The notes: generated by a model from the letters alone, not told the origin. DNA of 64,000 nucleotides from an uncultured Gemmatimonadaceae bacterium (GCA_963829055.1 CAWHHI010000008.1:96001-160000); one strand, 5' to 3'. Positions 11,482 through 22,384 are shown, counted from the first letter of the stretch. Made by a program: numbers and translations.

Positions 11482-12633
11482 CTAACGGTCCGCGGCGCGA
11501 GTGACGCGGTAGATAGCGCCGGCGGCGTCGTCGGAAATGAGTAACGAGCCATCCTTGTGCACCATCACGTCGACGGGGCGGCCCCAACGTCGCCCGTTCG
11601 GACCCTGCCATCCGGTGATGAAATCTTCGTAGGACACGGGACGGCCATCGCGCACTCGCACGCGAACGACCTTCGCGCCCGTCGGCGTCGACCGATTCCA
11701 CGACCCGTGGAACGCCACCAGCGCGTCTCCGCGCCAGTCCGCCGGGAACATCGTGGCCCGATCGAGAAACGTGATCCCGAGTGGGGCGGAGTGTGCCTGC
11801 ATCTCGAGCGCTGGCGGAATTGTGCGCTCGCAGCGTGCGGGATCGTGAAAGTCGCGATCGGGACTCGGAATGCGATTGCCGTAGCAGAACGGCCAGCCAT
11901 AGTCGCCGCCGTCCTGAAGAATGTTGATCTCCTCGGGCGGAAGGTCCTCATGATCCGGCGTGATGTTATCGCGTTCGTTCTGCGTGACCCAGATCTGCTT
12001 CGTCGCCGGGTTCATCGCGATGCCCACGGCGTTTCGCAGTCCCGACGCGAACACTCGGCCATTGCTCCCGTTCTCGTCGAATCGCATGACGGCCGCGCGA
12101 TCGCGGGACTTCTCGACGCACATGTTGCATGACGATCCGATCGCGACGTACATCGCGCTGTCCGCGCCGAACGCGATCGACCGACTCCAGTGACCACCAC
12201 CGCCGCTGTACGAATTCACCCGCTCCGCCGATCCCGCGGCCTGCCCGTTCGCGCCGAGTCGAACGCGCACGACGCCGTCGGTGTTCGCGATGTAGAGGTA
12301 ACCACCGTGAAACGCGAGCCCGTGCGGCCGATTCAGACCGGACGCGGCGACCACCTGCGATTCCGCCTCTCCGTTTCCGTCGGCGTCCACGAGACGCACG
12401 ACCTCTCCCGCGCTCGGGCGACTGACGTACACCGCCCCGTCCGGACCGAGCGCCATGAACCGGGCACCGCCCACATGCGCGTATTCGCTGATGCTGTAGC
12501 CGGCCGGAAGCGTCAGGCGGCTCTGGAGTGCATCCTGCGCGCTACTCCGCGATGACGAGCACGCGGCGACGGCAACGATAACGAGGGGGAACGCGCTGAG
12601 TCGCACAGAAGTCCTCGGAGGGCGGGAGTCCAT
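11482..12633 (-). CDS. PQQ-dependent sugar / L-sorbosone dehydrogenase family lipoprotein
   Basis: VAVAAC lipobox; GSSCN, GLRNAVG, YGWP, AHSAPLG, HGSWNR, GRPVDV and ISDD motifs. Confidence 0.88.
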   Translation of the reverse strand: MDSRPPRTSVRLSAFPLVIVAVAACSSSRSSAQDALQSRLTLPAGYSISEYAHVGGARFMALGPDGAVYVSRPSAGEVVRLVDADGNGEAESQVVAASGLNRPHGLAFHGGYLYIANTDGVVRVRLGANGQAAGSAERVNSYSGGGGHWSRSIAFGADSAMYVAIGSSCNMCVEKSRDRAAVMRFDENGSNGRVFASGLRNAVGIAMNPATKQIWVTQNERDNITPDHEDLPPEEINILQDGGDYGWPFCYGNRIPSPDRDFHDPARCERTIPPALEMQAHSAPLGITFLDRATMFPADWRGDALVAFHGSWNRSTPTGAKVVRVRVRDGRPVSYEDFITGWQGPNGRRWGRPVDVMVHKDGSLLISDDAAGAIYRVTRAADR

Positions 12634-12713
12634 CGACCAGCGTGGAGCGTACACACGTTCCACGCAGGCGACAACCCCGGCCGGTCCGACCGATGCACCC
12701 CGCTCGAGAAGCC

Positions 12714-14189
12714 CTAATTCCGAACGCGGTTTCGCCCCTCGGCTTTCGCGCGATAAAGCGCCTGGTCCGCGCGCATGAACAGGTCTTCGACCGTCGCGAC
12801 TCGGGGCGCCGGGAACGTCGCCACGCCAATGCTCGCCGTCACCTGGAGCGTCGGGCCGGCGTCCAGCGAGAACGGATGGATCTCGATGCGCTCGCGGATA
12901 CGTTCGGCGAACGCCACCGCACCATCCTCGCGCGTCTCTGGAAGTACGATGACGAACTCCTCGCCGCCGTATCGGGCGACGAGATCGACGCTGCGTACCT
13001 CGTGCTGCAGCAACGCCGCGAGTGCCATCAGCACGTCGTCTCCCACGAGGTGGCCGTACGTGTCGTTGATGCGCTTGAAGTGATCGATGTCGATCATCAG
13101 CAGCGTGACCGTGGAGTCATACCGCCGCGCGCGCTCGAGCTCCGCGTTCAGCCGCTCGGTCAACGCGCGTCGGTTGAGCGCATCGGTGAGCGGGTCCGTT
13201 TGCGCGAGCGCCTCGAGCCGGCGATTGTCGGCGCGCGTGCTCTCCATCATGTTCGCGCGCTGTACCGCCGCGACGGCGGCGCGCACGACCGTATCCGCGA
13301 ACGCGACGTCGTCTTCCCTGAGCGGACGCTCGTCGTCGCCACGACGAAGGAAGAACACGCCGGACTGTCGGGCATCGGCCAGCGAGAACGGCATCGCGAT
13401 CACCGACCGGATGGCCACGTGCGTCCCTTCCTCGCGCCATCGCTCGCGGATATCCGCGTACAACGGGCTCGAACGCACGTCCTCCACCAGAACGGGCTGA
13501 CCCGAATCGAGCGCGGCGCGGATCTCGGGATACCGATCGAGATTGAGCTCGAAGTTCTTCACGAGCGCGTGCTCGAACGACGCGGCGACGACGCCCGACT
13601 TGTCTCCCGGCCGAGCGAGGATGACCGAGCAGCGCGTGAGGTCGAGCGCACGCGCGACGCGACGCGCGAGCAGGTGATAGATCTCGTCCGACGTGAGATC
13701 GCCAGTGACCTCACGGAGGATGTCGACCAGCTTCCGCCGGCTCTCCGCGTCCGCGCGCGCCCGCGCCAACTCTTCCTCCGTCACCCGGAGCGAATCGTAT
13801 GCGGAACGCAGGATGGCACGCATGCGGAGCTGCGCCTGGATGCGCGCGAGCAGCTCACGCACGCGAAACGGCTTGCGCACGAAATCCGCCGCGCCGAGAC
13901 CGAGCGTTTTCACCGCGGCTTCTTCGGGCGGCAGCGATGAGATCATCAGCACTGGCATGTCGCGCCAGCGGTCGTCGTTCTTGATCCGCTCGAGCAGCTG
14001 GAAGCCGTCAACGTCCGAGAACATGACGTCGAGGAGCAGCAGATCCGGCGTGCGCTCCTCGAGCAGTGCCATCAGATCACGGCCACCGGACGCCGAACCG
14101 ACGTCGTAGCCGTGCTCCTTGAGCACCCAGGTCATGGTCTGGAGAATCGCCGGATCATCATCGGCGATCACGATGCGGGCGTTAGCCAT
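12714..14189 (-). CDS. Diguanylate cyclase (REC-GAF-GGDEF)
   Basis: N-terminal REC domain, central GAF, DIDHFKRINDTYGH, and an RSVD I-site before RYGGEEF. Confidence 0.92.
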   Translation of the reverse strand: MANARIVIADDDPAILQTMTWVLKEHGYDVGSASGGRDLMALLEERTPDLLLLDVMFSDVDGFQLLERIKNDDRWRDMPVLMISSLPPEEAAVKTLGLGAADFVRKPFRVRELLARIQAQLRMRAILRSAYDSLRVTEEELARARADAESRRKLVDILREVTGDLTSDEIYHLLARRVARALDLTRCSVILARPGDKSGVVAASFEHALVKNFELNLDRYPEIRAALDSGQPVLVEDVRSSPLYADIRERWREEGTHVAIRSVIAMPFSLADARQSGVFFLRRGDDERPLREDDVAFADTVVRAAVAAVQRANMMESTRADNRRLEALAQTDPLTDALNRRALTERLNAELERARRYDSTVTLLMIDIDHFKRINDTYGHLVGDDVLMALAALLQHEVRSVDLVARYGGEEFVIVLPETREDGAVAFAERIRERIEIHPFSLDAGPTLQVTASIGVATFPAPRVATVEDLFMRADQALYRAKAEGRNRVRN

Positions 14190-14555
14190 CGCGAGGTAAG
14201 ACCCCAGCGGTGGGTACGTCGGTCATCGAGAAGTTGACGTTCACGAAGGACAAGAAAGAAGCGCGTGAGAGGACGGACGTAGGATCAGTGGCATGCCACC
14301 CCGTGCATACCGTGAGCCCCGTGGCCGCGCTGCTAATTCATTGTGACATAGTGGCTTGCATAATCGCCGAACTCGACCGTGGGCAGCGCTGTGGTGCTGC
14401 GCCTACAGTCGTGTCGTGGAAGGCCCCCGAATACCTCGTGCGCCAGTCCCCGATCTTTGTAGTTCCGCGAAGGTCGATGCGACGCGGGGCCTGCCAGCAG
14501 GCAGACCCCCGTCAGGCCCGCAAACGCAATCGACTTGCTATTGGATCACTCCGTT

Positions 14556-17066
14556 CTACTCCTCGTCCGGCGCTACCTCGAGCGGCTCGTCGACTTCGTC
14601 ACCTTCGCCTTCGGCCTTGTCCTCGGGAACCACGCGAGCGACGGCGGTGACGTGGTCGCCATCGTCGAGCGAGACGAGGCGAACACCCTGCGCGTTACGG
14701 CCCGTCACGCGCACCTGCTCGACCGACGACCGAATGACGATGCCACCACGTGTGATCAACATGATCTCGTCTTCCGGCAGTACTTCCATCAACGCGACGA
14801 CGTCGCCGGTCTTCTCAGTGCGGTTCACCGTGAGGATTCCCTTTCCGCCGCGCTTCTGCACGCGATAGTCGTCGATGTGCGTGCACTTCCCGAGGCCCTT
14901 CTCCGTCACGACGAGCAGCGTCGCTTCGCGCTTGATCACGACCATCCCCACGACGAAGTCATCGGGCCTGAGCTCGATGCCCTTCACGCCTGTGGTGTCG
15001 CGACCCATGTCGCGCACGTCGCTCTCGTGGAACCGCACTGACAACCCGTGCTTGGTGGCGATGACGATGTCGTTCGTTCCGCTCGTCACCTGCACGTCGA
15101 TCAGCTCATCGTTCTTCTCGATCTTGATGGCCTTGATGCCGTTCGCACGCGGGTTGGAATACTCGCTGAGCTTCGTCTTCTTGACCGTTCCATTCTTCGT
15201 GCAGAACAACAGGGAGCTCTCGTCGTTGAACTCGCGCACCGGCACGATCGCCTTGATCTGCGTATCGGGCGTGACGTTGATGAGATTCACGATGGGTTTG
15301 CCCTTCGTCGCGCGACCTGCCTGTGGCAGCTCGTGCACCTTGAGCCAGAAGCAACGCCCGTCGTCGGTGAAGATGAGCAGGTAGTCGTGCGTGCTGCCGA
15401 TGAAGAGCCGCTCGATGAAGTCGAGCTCCTTCAGGTCCTGTCCACTCGACCCCCGACCTCCGCGGCGTTGTCGGCGGTATGTCGTCGTCGGCGTCCGCTT
15501 GATGTACCCGGAGTGCGAGATCGTGACGACCATGTCTTCTTCAGCGATCAGATCCTCGATCGTGAATTCGCCCTGGTCGCTCGTGATCTCGGTGCGACGC
15601 GGATCACCGTACGTGTCGACGATCTTCTGCAGCTCGTCCTTCATGAGCTTGAGACGCCTCGGCTTCGACTCGAGCAGTGAGCGCAGGTCCTTGATCACGC
15701 CGCGGACTTCCTTGAGCTCCGCCTCGAGCTCGTCGATCGCGAGTCCCGTGAGCCTCGCGAGTCGCATGTTCAGGATTGCTTCCGCCTGACGCTCCGAAAG
15801 CTTGAAGCGCTTCTGCAGCTGAGCACTCGCCTTGGGCGTGTCCTCCGCCTTGCGAATGACCTTGATCACTTCGTCGATGTTGTCGACGGCGATCTTGAGG
15901 CCGTCCAGGATGTGCTCGCGCTCGAGCGCCTTGTCGAGCTCATACTGCGCGCGCCGCACGATGACTTCGTGCCGGTGCGTGATGTAGTGCTCGAGCACTT
16001 CCCTGATGCCCATGACCTTCGGCACGAGCTGCCGCGTGTTCACGTCAGGCACGAGTGCCAGCATGATCACGCCGAACGTCGCCTGCATCGTCGTGTGCTT
16101 GTACAGCTGATTCAGCACAACGCGCGGAATCGCATCGCGCTTGAGCTCAATGACAATGCGCGTGGTGTCCGACGACTCGTCGCGTAGATCGCTGATCCCT
16201 TCCAGCTTCTTGTCGCGCACGAGCTCCGCGATGTCACGCACGAGGTTCGCGCGGTTCACCTGATACGGCAGCTCTGTCACGACGATCTGCGACTTGTTCG
16301 AGGTCTCCTTCTCCTCGATGACCGCACGCGCGCGCATCACGATCTTGCCGCGTCCCGTCTCCTGATAGTCCTTGATGCCGTCGCGTCCGTAGATGTACGC
16401 GCCGGTGGGGAAGTCGGGGCCCTTGATGATTTTTCGAATGTCCGTGATCGACAAATCCGGGTTGTCGATCATCGCCATCGTCGCGCTGATGACTTCCTTG
16501 AGATTGTGCGGCGGGATGTTCGTGGCCATGCCGACGGCGATTCCCGACGATCCGTTCACGAGCAGGTTCGGAATGCCCGCGGGCAGAACCTTCGGCTCGG
16601 TGAGGTGGTCGTCGAAGTTCGGCGCGAAGTCGACCGTGTTCTTGTCGATGTCGGCGAGCAGCTCGGTCGCGATCCGCATGAGCCGCGCTTCCGTGTAGCG
16701 GTACGCCGCGGCGGGATCACCGTCCATCGACCCGAAGTTTCCCTGCCCGTCCACCAACGGATAGCGCAGCGAGAACTCCTGAACCATTCGGACAAGCGCG
16801 TCGTAGACTGCGCCGTCTCCGTGCGGATGGAATCGACCCAGCACGTCACCCACGACCGTCGCGGACTTCTTGAACGGGCGGTTGGGCAAGAGGCCCAGGT
16901 CGTTCATCGCGTACAAAATGCGCCGATGGACGGGCTTCAGTCCGTCGCGTACATCGGGCAGCGCACGCGACACGATCACGCTCATCGAATAGTTGATGAA
17001 CGATTCCTTGATCTCCTCGTCAATGAGACGCGGGAGAATACGCTCGCGGTTGTTTGGTGCGGTCAT
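14556..17066 (-). CDS. gyrA: DNA gyrase subunit A
   Basis: [29 protein letters not shown] and the GyrA-box QRRGGRG; ATG at 17066. Confidence 0.97.
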   Translation of the reverse strand: MTAPNNRERILPRLIDEEIKESFINYSMSVIVSRALPDVRDGLKPVHRRILYAMNDLGLLPNRPFKKSATVVGDVLGRFHPHGDGAVYDALVRMVQEFSLRYPLVDGQGNFGSMDGDPAAAYRYTEARLMRIATELLADIDKNTVDFAPNFDDHLTEPKVLPAGIPNLLVNGSSGIAVGMATNIPPHNLKEVISATMAMIDNPDLSITDIRKIIKGPDFPTGAYIYGRDGIKDYQETGRGKIVMRARAVIEEKETSNKSQIVVTELPYQVNRANLVRDIAELVRDKKLEGISDLRDESSDTTRIVIELKRDAIPRVVLNQLYKHTTMQATFGVIMLALVPDVNTRQLVPKVMGIREVLEHYITHRHEVIVRRAQYELDKALEREHILDGLKIAVDNIDEVIKVIRKAEDTPKASAQLQKRFKLSERQAEAILNMRLARLTGLAIDELEAELKEVRGVIKDLRSLLESKPRRLKLMKDELQKIVDTYGDPRRTEITSDQGEFTIEDLIAEEDMVVTISHSGYIKRTPTTTYRRQRRGGRGSSGQDLKELDFIERLFIGSTHDYLLIFTDDGRCFWLKVHELPQAGRATKGKPIVNLINVTPDTQIKAIVPVREFNDESSLLFCTKNGTVKKTKLSEYSNPRANGIKAIKIEKNDELIDVQVTSGTNDIVIATKHGLSVRFHESDVRDMGRDTTGVKGIELRPDDFVVGMVVIKREATLLVVTEKGLGKCTHIDDYRVQKRGGKGILTVNRTEKTGDVVALMEVLPEDEIMLITRGGIVIRSSVEQVRVTGRNAQGVRLVSLDDGDHVTAVARVVPEDKAEGEGDEVDEPLEVAPDEE

Positions 17067-17110
17067 GACGTCCTGCGGGAGGAAAAACCGAGTCGAAATC
17101 GGGAACGGGA

Positions 17111-17139
17111 AGTATACCCGAAGGGGAGGCGAATGGCAA
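17111..17139 (-). promoter_or_regulatory. Sigma70-type promoter of gyrA
   Basis: Minus strand TTGCCA-N17-TATACT, about 45 bp upstream of the ATG. Confidence 0.65.
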
Positions 17140-17160
17140 CGCGTGCTTAGCTGTGTAAGC

Positions 17161-17202
17161 AACAGCACGACAACGACTTAGAAACCGTGTTGCCGTGCTG
17201 TT
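17161..17202. repeat. Inverted repeat upstream of the gyrA promoter
   Basis: AACAGCACGACAAC-N14-GTTGCCGTGCTGTT (13/14 match). Confidence 0.6.
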
Positions 17203-17293
17203 CGCAATGCCTGTCCTACAGCCCCGATGTGAGACGACGCACATCCCGCAGACGCAAAGCGGACTCTACCGTATGAGCTCCGCTGGCGTTACT

Positions 17294-18700
17294 TCAACAC
17301 CCTCGCTTCGCCTGCCAGGTCAGCTCGTTCTCCGCGTCGTTGAGCAGCAGTCGGTTCACCCACTCGACGCCCTGCGCCACCGAGTGGTCCATGTTTCCGA
17401 CCTCATAGCGCCACGAGCCGAACCGACCGCGCGAGTGAATGCCTTTCGCCTCGAGCCACGGCTGTACCGCCTTGAGCGCCTCGTCGCGCTCGAGCGACGG
17501 AGTCGGGTAGGTGTAGTCACGCTCGATGAGATGGGCGTCGACGATGTCCCGCTTGTCCGCCTCGGAGATCATGCGCGTGTTGACGAGTCCCTGAATCGTC
17601 TCGTCGACGATGGTGCGCCTGTCCACCGGCTTGAACTCCGAGTGCGAGATCTCGGCGAGCAGCGAGTAGTGTGTCGCCGGATCAGGCACGACATCGGGTG
17701 AATAGTTCGACAGGTACGTGAGCCGGTAGAACGGGCAGTTGTCCTCGGGGAAATACATCCAGCACTTGTTCGACGGCGAGGGCTGCTTGATCCCCACGCC
17801 GACGATGTACGATCCCGAGTGACGGAGCCGCGCCGCCTGCGTGCGCACGCAATCGGGGACGTCGCCGGTCATGGACTTGACCAGGATGTCGAGCGGAATC
17901 GTGGACAGCAGCACATCGAACGGCTCACGACCACCGTCCGCCAACACGACCTCGCGGCGATCCGCATCCACCGACACGACCGGCGCGCAGAGCCGGAGAT
18001 TCTCCTCCACGTACGGCCGCATTCGCTCGAAGAGCTCACCGGTACCGCCGACGCGTGGGTACTTGAATGTCGCGTTAGGTCCCCACGAGACATCTTCGCG
18101 ATCGAGCACCACGTTGCCGAGCACGCGCTCGATCGGCGGAGTAGCGACGCGCTCGCCGATCCATTCCTTGTTCATCATCCGCGGCGGGTGCGCCCAGACC
18201 TTGAAGTTGTAGGGCATCATGAAGTGCTTCGCGATGCCAACGCCGAACACGCCGCGAATCAGCTCCTCGAAGTTCGCGAACTGATTCTTGTCGATCGGCT
18301 GCTTCTGCGCCTCGATGAGTCCGAGGAGACACTCCAGCACCACTTCCTTCGGCAGGAACTTGATGTTGTTCTGGAACGGATAGGGGAGGAAGCGATCGAA
18401 CATCCACACCCACGACTCGCGTAGCAGTTCCTGGTACTCGTCACCCATCAGCTTGTCGAACAGTCGATCGAAGTACTCGTAGTGCGAGAACAGAACGTGA
18501 CCGCCGATGTCGTAGATGAATCCGTTGGGGCTTCGCTCCGACGACGCCAGACCGCCGACCTTGTAGCGACTCTCGAGCATCGTGAAGTTCGTGTAGCCGA
18601 GCTCGCGCAGCCGGTATCCGGCTGCGAGTCCCGTCGGCCCTGCACCGATGATGACGATCTTTGGTCCGTCGGCGGTCGTACTCGTCTCGATCTGCGTCAT
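17294..18700 (-). CDS. FAD-dependent UDP-galactopyranose mutase-like protein of the eukaryotic (fungal UgmA / trypanosomatid GLF) type
   Basis: GAGPTG, YDIGGHVLFSHY, YPFQNNI, PYNFKVWA, GERVA, WGPNATF, YFPEDNCPFYR, YPTP and RGRFGSWRYEVGNMDHS motifs; ATGA overlap with the upstream gene. Confidence 0.75.
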   Translation of the reverse strand: MTQIETSTTADGPKIVIIGAGPTGLAAGYRLRELGYTNFTMLESRYKVGGLASSERSPNGFIYDIGGHVLFSHYEYFDRLFDKLMGDEYQELLRESWVWMFDRFLPYPFQNNIKFLPKEVVLECLLGLIEAQKQPIDKNQFANFEELIRGVFGVGIAKHFMMPYNFKVWAHPPRMMNKEWIGERVATPPIERVLGNVVLDREDVSWGPNATFKYPRVGGTGELFERMRPYVEENLRLCAPVVSVDADRREVVLADGGREPFDVLLSTIPLDILVKSMTGDVPDCVRTQAARLRHSGSYIVGVGIKQPSPSNKCWMYFPEDNCPFYRLTYLSNYSPDVVPDPATHYSLLAEISHSEFKPVDRRTIVDETIQGLVNTRMISEADKRDIVDAHLIERDYTYPTPSLERDEALKAVQPWLEAKGIHSRGRFGSWRYEVGNMDHSVAQGVEWVNRLLLNDAENELTWQAKRGC

Positions 18701-21021
18701 ACCTGATCCTGAGCGCGCGCGAGCAGCGCCGCACGCGAGCCGTCGTGTGTTGATGGTGTGGAATTTCTGGAAGACCGCTTGGGCTGGTTGACTGGCCCGT
18801 GTGTACCGGCGCTCGTGACGCCGCCGTAACTCTGCTCCCACGCGCGCGCGCGTGCATAACGCTGCAGCGCGTCATCGAGAGGGCTGAGGAGCGTACCGCG
18901 CACGCTCTCGAGCGCGGTGTAGCGCGGCCGGGGTGCGGCGAGTCCGAGCTCTTCGACCGGGACCGCGCGCAGATTCGCCGTACTGACGCCTACGGTGTGC
19001 GCCGCTCGGCGCGCCAGCTCTTCCCACGTCACCGCACCGCCGTTCGCGAGATGCCACACGCCTGACTCGCCATCGATCAGCAAGTCCAGCATCCCCTCGA
19101 CGAGGTCGGGCACATACGTCGGCGACACCACGATGTCGCTGATGGCCGTATAGGTCTGGCCGCTGGCCAGCGACTGCAGGGCGCACGTGACGAAGTTGTA
19201 CGGATCGTGATCGCCGAAGAATGCCGCCGTGCGGATGACCAGCGCCTGCGGATTCGCCGCGAGCACCATCGCCTCTGCCTCGGCCTTGGTGCGGCCGTAC
19301 TCGCACAGCGGGCGAACATCGTCAGTCTCGACGTATGGCGCCCGCTTGTGACCGTCGAAGACGAGATCCGTCGATACCGTCACGAACCGTGCGCCCGCGG
19401 CGGCACACGCAGCCGCGAGCACGCGGGCACCGTCGACATTTTCTCGCTGGCATGCGCCCCGCTCGCGCTCGGCGTCGTCGACCCGCACGAAGCCGGCACA
19501 GTTCACGATCGCCCATGGCCTATGCCTCGCCACAGCCGCGGCAACGGCGTTCGCATCAGCGATGTCGAGCTCTCGGCGTGTGAGCGCCCAGTGCTTGATG
19601 CCGCGCACCTCACAGGCGCGGACGACGGCTCGCCCCAGCGTGCCCGTTGCGCCGACGATCAGCATCGGACGGGTCGTGGCCGCGGGTGCCCTCGGAATGA
19701 ATGCATGGGCAGCGCGCGGCGCTCGTAGCGATACGGGCGGATACGTTAGTCGCTCATCGGAGCGCCACCATCCCGGTCCGTGCAACGCTGGATGATCATA
19801 CGAGCCGCATAACGCGAGCGACTGAACCATGCGGGCCAGCGCCGTGGGCCGTGGCTCCGGAGCGCGGATGTCGAACAGTCCCGCTTCGTACACGCCGTCA
19901 TCCCGCCTGAGTAACGAGCTCCAGTCATGCGCACCGAACGCCGACCACGCAGTCACCGCGACGATGTTGGCGCCCTCGCCGCGAAGCTGACTGGCAGACC
20001 GCCACACTTCGTCCAGCCAGCGAAGCTGCTGCTCACGCGTGCACGCGAGGTGAGCTTCCGTCACGGCAACAGGCGCGCGATATCGCTCCCACGTTTCGCG
20101 CATGAGCGTGTACGGCCCAGCCAACCCGTCGCGTAGCACTCGCACCGCTTCGACATCGGCGTAGCGATGCCGGTGGTTCCCGCCGTGCGTGCTCTCCGGG
20201 TACGAGGCGAGTTGCTCGTCGAGGAAGCGTTCGCTCGTGAGGTAGTGATTGATGCCGATGATATCTGGCGGGCACGCGTTCTCTGCGAACGCATCGAGCT
20301 CCCGCGAAGCGATGCCCGCCCACCGCAGATACTTGACGAGCGGGTGTCGACCGCGAACGCGACCACACAGCAGATCGAACGTCAGCCAGCGGCGCTCGTT
20401 CTCGAACTCCGCTTGATAACGCAGGCATTCGCGCGAATGCGTCTTGCCGAGGTCTTCAGTCTGTACCAGGCGCGCATGCGGAGTGACCTCGCGGATGGCC
20501 CGCATCGCGGCCACGATCGCTTGGCATTGCGTAATGACCGCGCGCGCGAAGTCTCGAGGCGAGCGCGCGTGCGGGTACCAGTGGCCGTAGAGCGCGGAGA
20601 ACCGGGCGGTCGTGAGCGGCTCGTTGATCGGCGTGAACCGATCGACCCAGGGATAGCGCTCCGCGACGGTCCGCGCGAATCGCGCGAGCTGTGCGGGGAA
20701 TCGCGGGTCGATCAGGCTCGTGTTCGCCGGGCCGCTTCCGTGGTGCAGCAGCCCGATGATCGGCGCGATACCGTGGGCGCGAAGGCGCTCGAGGCAGTCG
20801 TCCGTCCACTTCCACGCGGAAGCCCCGAGTGCGACCACCCGCTCCCAGAGGACGGGAAACCGAACGGCTCGCACCCCCAGTGCTGCCAGGCGGTCCACGT
20901 CCTCCGGGCGATCGTACTGCCCTCCTCGCACCAACTGATCGCCGTACCGATTGCCGACACGATTGAGCGAGCATTCGATTCCGGCCCACACCTCCACAGG
21001 CTGTCGCACGAGAGCTGCCAC
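18697..21021 (-). CDS. Fusion of a GH1-like glycoside hydrolase and an RmlD-like (dTDP-4-dehydrorhamnose reductase) SDR domain
   Basis: N-terminal LLHHGSGP, TPINEP and VTE; C-terminal GATGTLG, STDLVFDG, YGRTK and SPTYVPDL. Confidence 0.85.
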   Translation of the reverse strand: MAALVRQPVEVWAGIECSLNRVGNRYGDQLVRGGQYDRPEDVDRLAALGVRAVRFPVLWERVVALGASAWKWTDDCLERLRAHGIAPIIGLLHHGSGPANTSLIDPRFPAQLARFARTVAERYPWVDRFTPINEPLTTARFSALYGHWYPHARSPRDFARAVITQCQAIVAAMRAIREVTPHARLVQTEDLGKTHSRECLRYQAEFENERRWLTFDLLCGRVRGRHPLVKYLRWAGIASRELDAFAENACPPDIIGINHYLTSERFLDEQLASYPESTHGGNHRHRYADVEAVRVLRDGLAGPYTLMRETWERYRAPVAVTEAHLACTREQQLRWLDEVWRSASQLRGEGANIVAVTAWSAFGAHDWSSLLRRDDGVYEAGLFDIRAPEPRPTALARMVQSLALCGSYDHPALHGPGWWRSDERLTYPPVSLRAPRAAHAFIPRAPAATTRPMLIVGATGTLGRAVVRACEVRGIKHWALTRRELDIADANAVAAAVARHRPWAIVNCAGFVRVDDAERERGACQRENVDGARVLAAACAAAGARFVTVSTDLVFDGHKRAPYVETDDVRPLCEYGRTKAEAEAMVLAANPQALVIRTAAFFGDHDPYNFVTCALQSLASGQTYTAISDIVVSPTYVPDLVEGMLDLLIDGESGVWHLANGGAVTWEELARRAAHTVGVSTANLRAVPVEELGLAAPRPRYTALESVRGTLLSPLDDALQRYARARAWEQSYGGVTSAGTHGPVNQPKRSSRNSTPSTHDGSRAALLARAQDQV

Positions 21022-21024
21022 GCG

Positions 21025-22326
21025 TTAGGCGCGAGTCGCCGCGCCCTCCCCTTTCGAGCCGGAGCGCACGGCCGCGGACCCGCCGCTGGCCTGCGTGGCG
21101 CTCGTAGCACTAACGCTGGCGGCAGTCGCCCGACGCCCCTGCGTCGCTTCCTTGGCCGCTGACCAGGGCCGCCGTGCCTGCACCGCGGTGGTCATGAGGC
21201 GATCCATGGCCGTGACGATGGACTCCCACGACGAGCGCCGGGCACACGCCACGCCCGCTTCGATCCGTTCGGGATCCGGGGCAATGGCGGCGCGAGCTTC
21301 GTGAATGAACCCGTCGGTGGAATCGGCGACGCGAACGATGGGAGTGAAGTTACGAACAACGTCAGGCACCGCCGTCGACACGATGGGCTTTCCCGCCGCC
21401 ATGTACTCCAGCGTCTTCGTCGGGTTGATGAACTCCGTCGCCTCGTTGAGGGCGAACGGCATCAGACACACATCGAACGCCTTCACATAACGCGGGAGAT
21501 CGGCGTACGCGCGCTGGCCAAGCCAGTGGAGGTTCGGGCGTTGCGGCAGATCGCGAGGATCCACCTTGACGACCGGGCCCACGACGACCACCGAGCCGTC
21601 CGGGAAGGCGTCAGCGAGCCGGCCAAGGAGCTCGTAGTCCAGTCGCTCATCAACCACGCCGAAATATCCGAGCACCGGCTGCGGCAGATCCGCGAGCTCA
21701 GGTGGCACCGGCGTCTCCGGGTTGCGCGCGAGACCGAAGTGGCGCGCATCCACGCCGCACCCGAAGAAGTGCACGTTCTCGTGGTGCTTCGCCTTGGACT
21801 GGTACAGCTGATAACCCCCAGTGAAGACGACGTCCGCTGCCGACATGAGCTGGCGCTCGCGCACGCCAAGATCCGGCGGCGCAAAGCGGAACTGCGCCAA
21901 CTCATCCATGCAGTCGTAGACGACGGCGCACTCACCAAGCGCACCGAGCATCGTGCGCGCAGGCATCGGCGTGTAGAACCACTGGACGGCGTCGTCGAAC
22001 GTTCCGGCGAGCTGACCACCCTCGCCTAACAACTCGACGAGCAGTGTGCGCACGGCCGCCGCGGCGTCATCGTACGAGGCGCGCAGATCACCGGGCAGCC
22101 TCGGAATGACGCGATACACACCGGGCGTCGGCTGCGAGACGTCGAGCGAGCCTGCGGCGATGTCATCGGCGAAAACCGGCTCCTCGACGTAGAGCACGGG
22201 ACGGCTGCGGCCGAAGCGCGACAGAATCTGCTGTGGGCGCTGCCACACAAAATCCCAGCGCAGATGGCTGTGGACGATCAACGGATGACGGCCGTCGTTG
22301 ACGGCCGTGCGCGCAACGGATGCCAT
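21025..22326 (-). CDS. GT-B glycosyltransferase (GT4-like)
   Basis: SHLRWDFVWQRPQ, VYDCMDEL, GYFGVVDER and INPTKTLEYMAAGKPIVST motifs. Confidence 0.88.
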   Translation of the reverse strand: MASVARTAVNDGRHPLIVHSHLRWDFVWQRPQQILSRFGRSRPVLYVEEPVFADDIAAGSLDVSQPTPGVYRVIPRLPGDLRASYDDAAAAVRTLLVELLGEGGQLAGTFDDAVQWFYTPMPARTMLGALGECAVVYDCMDELAQFRFAPPDLGVRERQLMSAADVVFTGGYQLYQSKAKHHENVHFFGCGVDARHFGLARNPETPVPPELADLPQPVLGYFGVVDERLDYELLGRLADAFPDGSVVVVGPVVKVDPRDLPQRPNLHWLGQRAYADLPRYVKAFDVCLMPFALNEATEFINPTKTLEYMAAGKPIVSTAVPDVVRNFTPIVRVADSTDGFIHEARAAIAPDPERIEAGVACARRSSWESIVTAMDRLMTTAVQARRPWSAAKEATQGRRATAASVSATSATQASGGSAAVRSGSKGEGAATRA

Positions 22327-22384
22327 GCTCAAATCGGGGCGAGTGGTGGTGTTCGGCGACGTGCTGGCGAGCGCCGCCCAATGG

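Noticed and set aside
12642..13940. Long antisense or alternate-frame ORFs (also 8908..10146, 22602..23729, 24668..25867, 33138..34295, 36468..37535)
   Set aside because: Shadow ORFs expected in high-GC DNA; they overlap well-supported genes and have no recognisable motifs.
14210..14550. ORFs in the gap between the diguanylate cyclase and gyrA
   Set aside because: No motifs or coding-like composition; probably promoter and terminator DNA.
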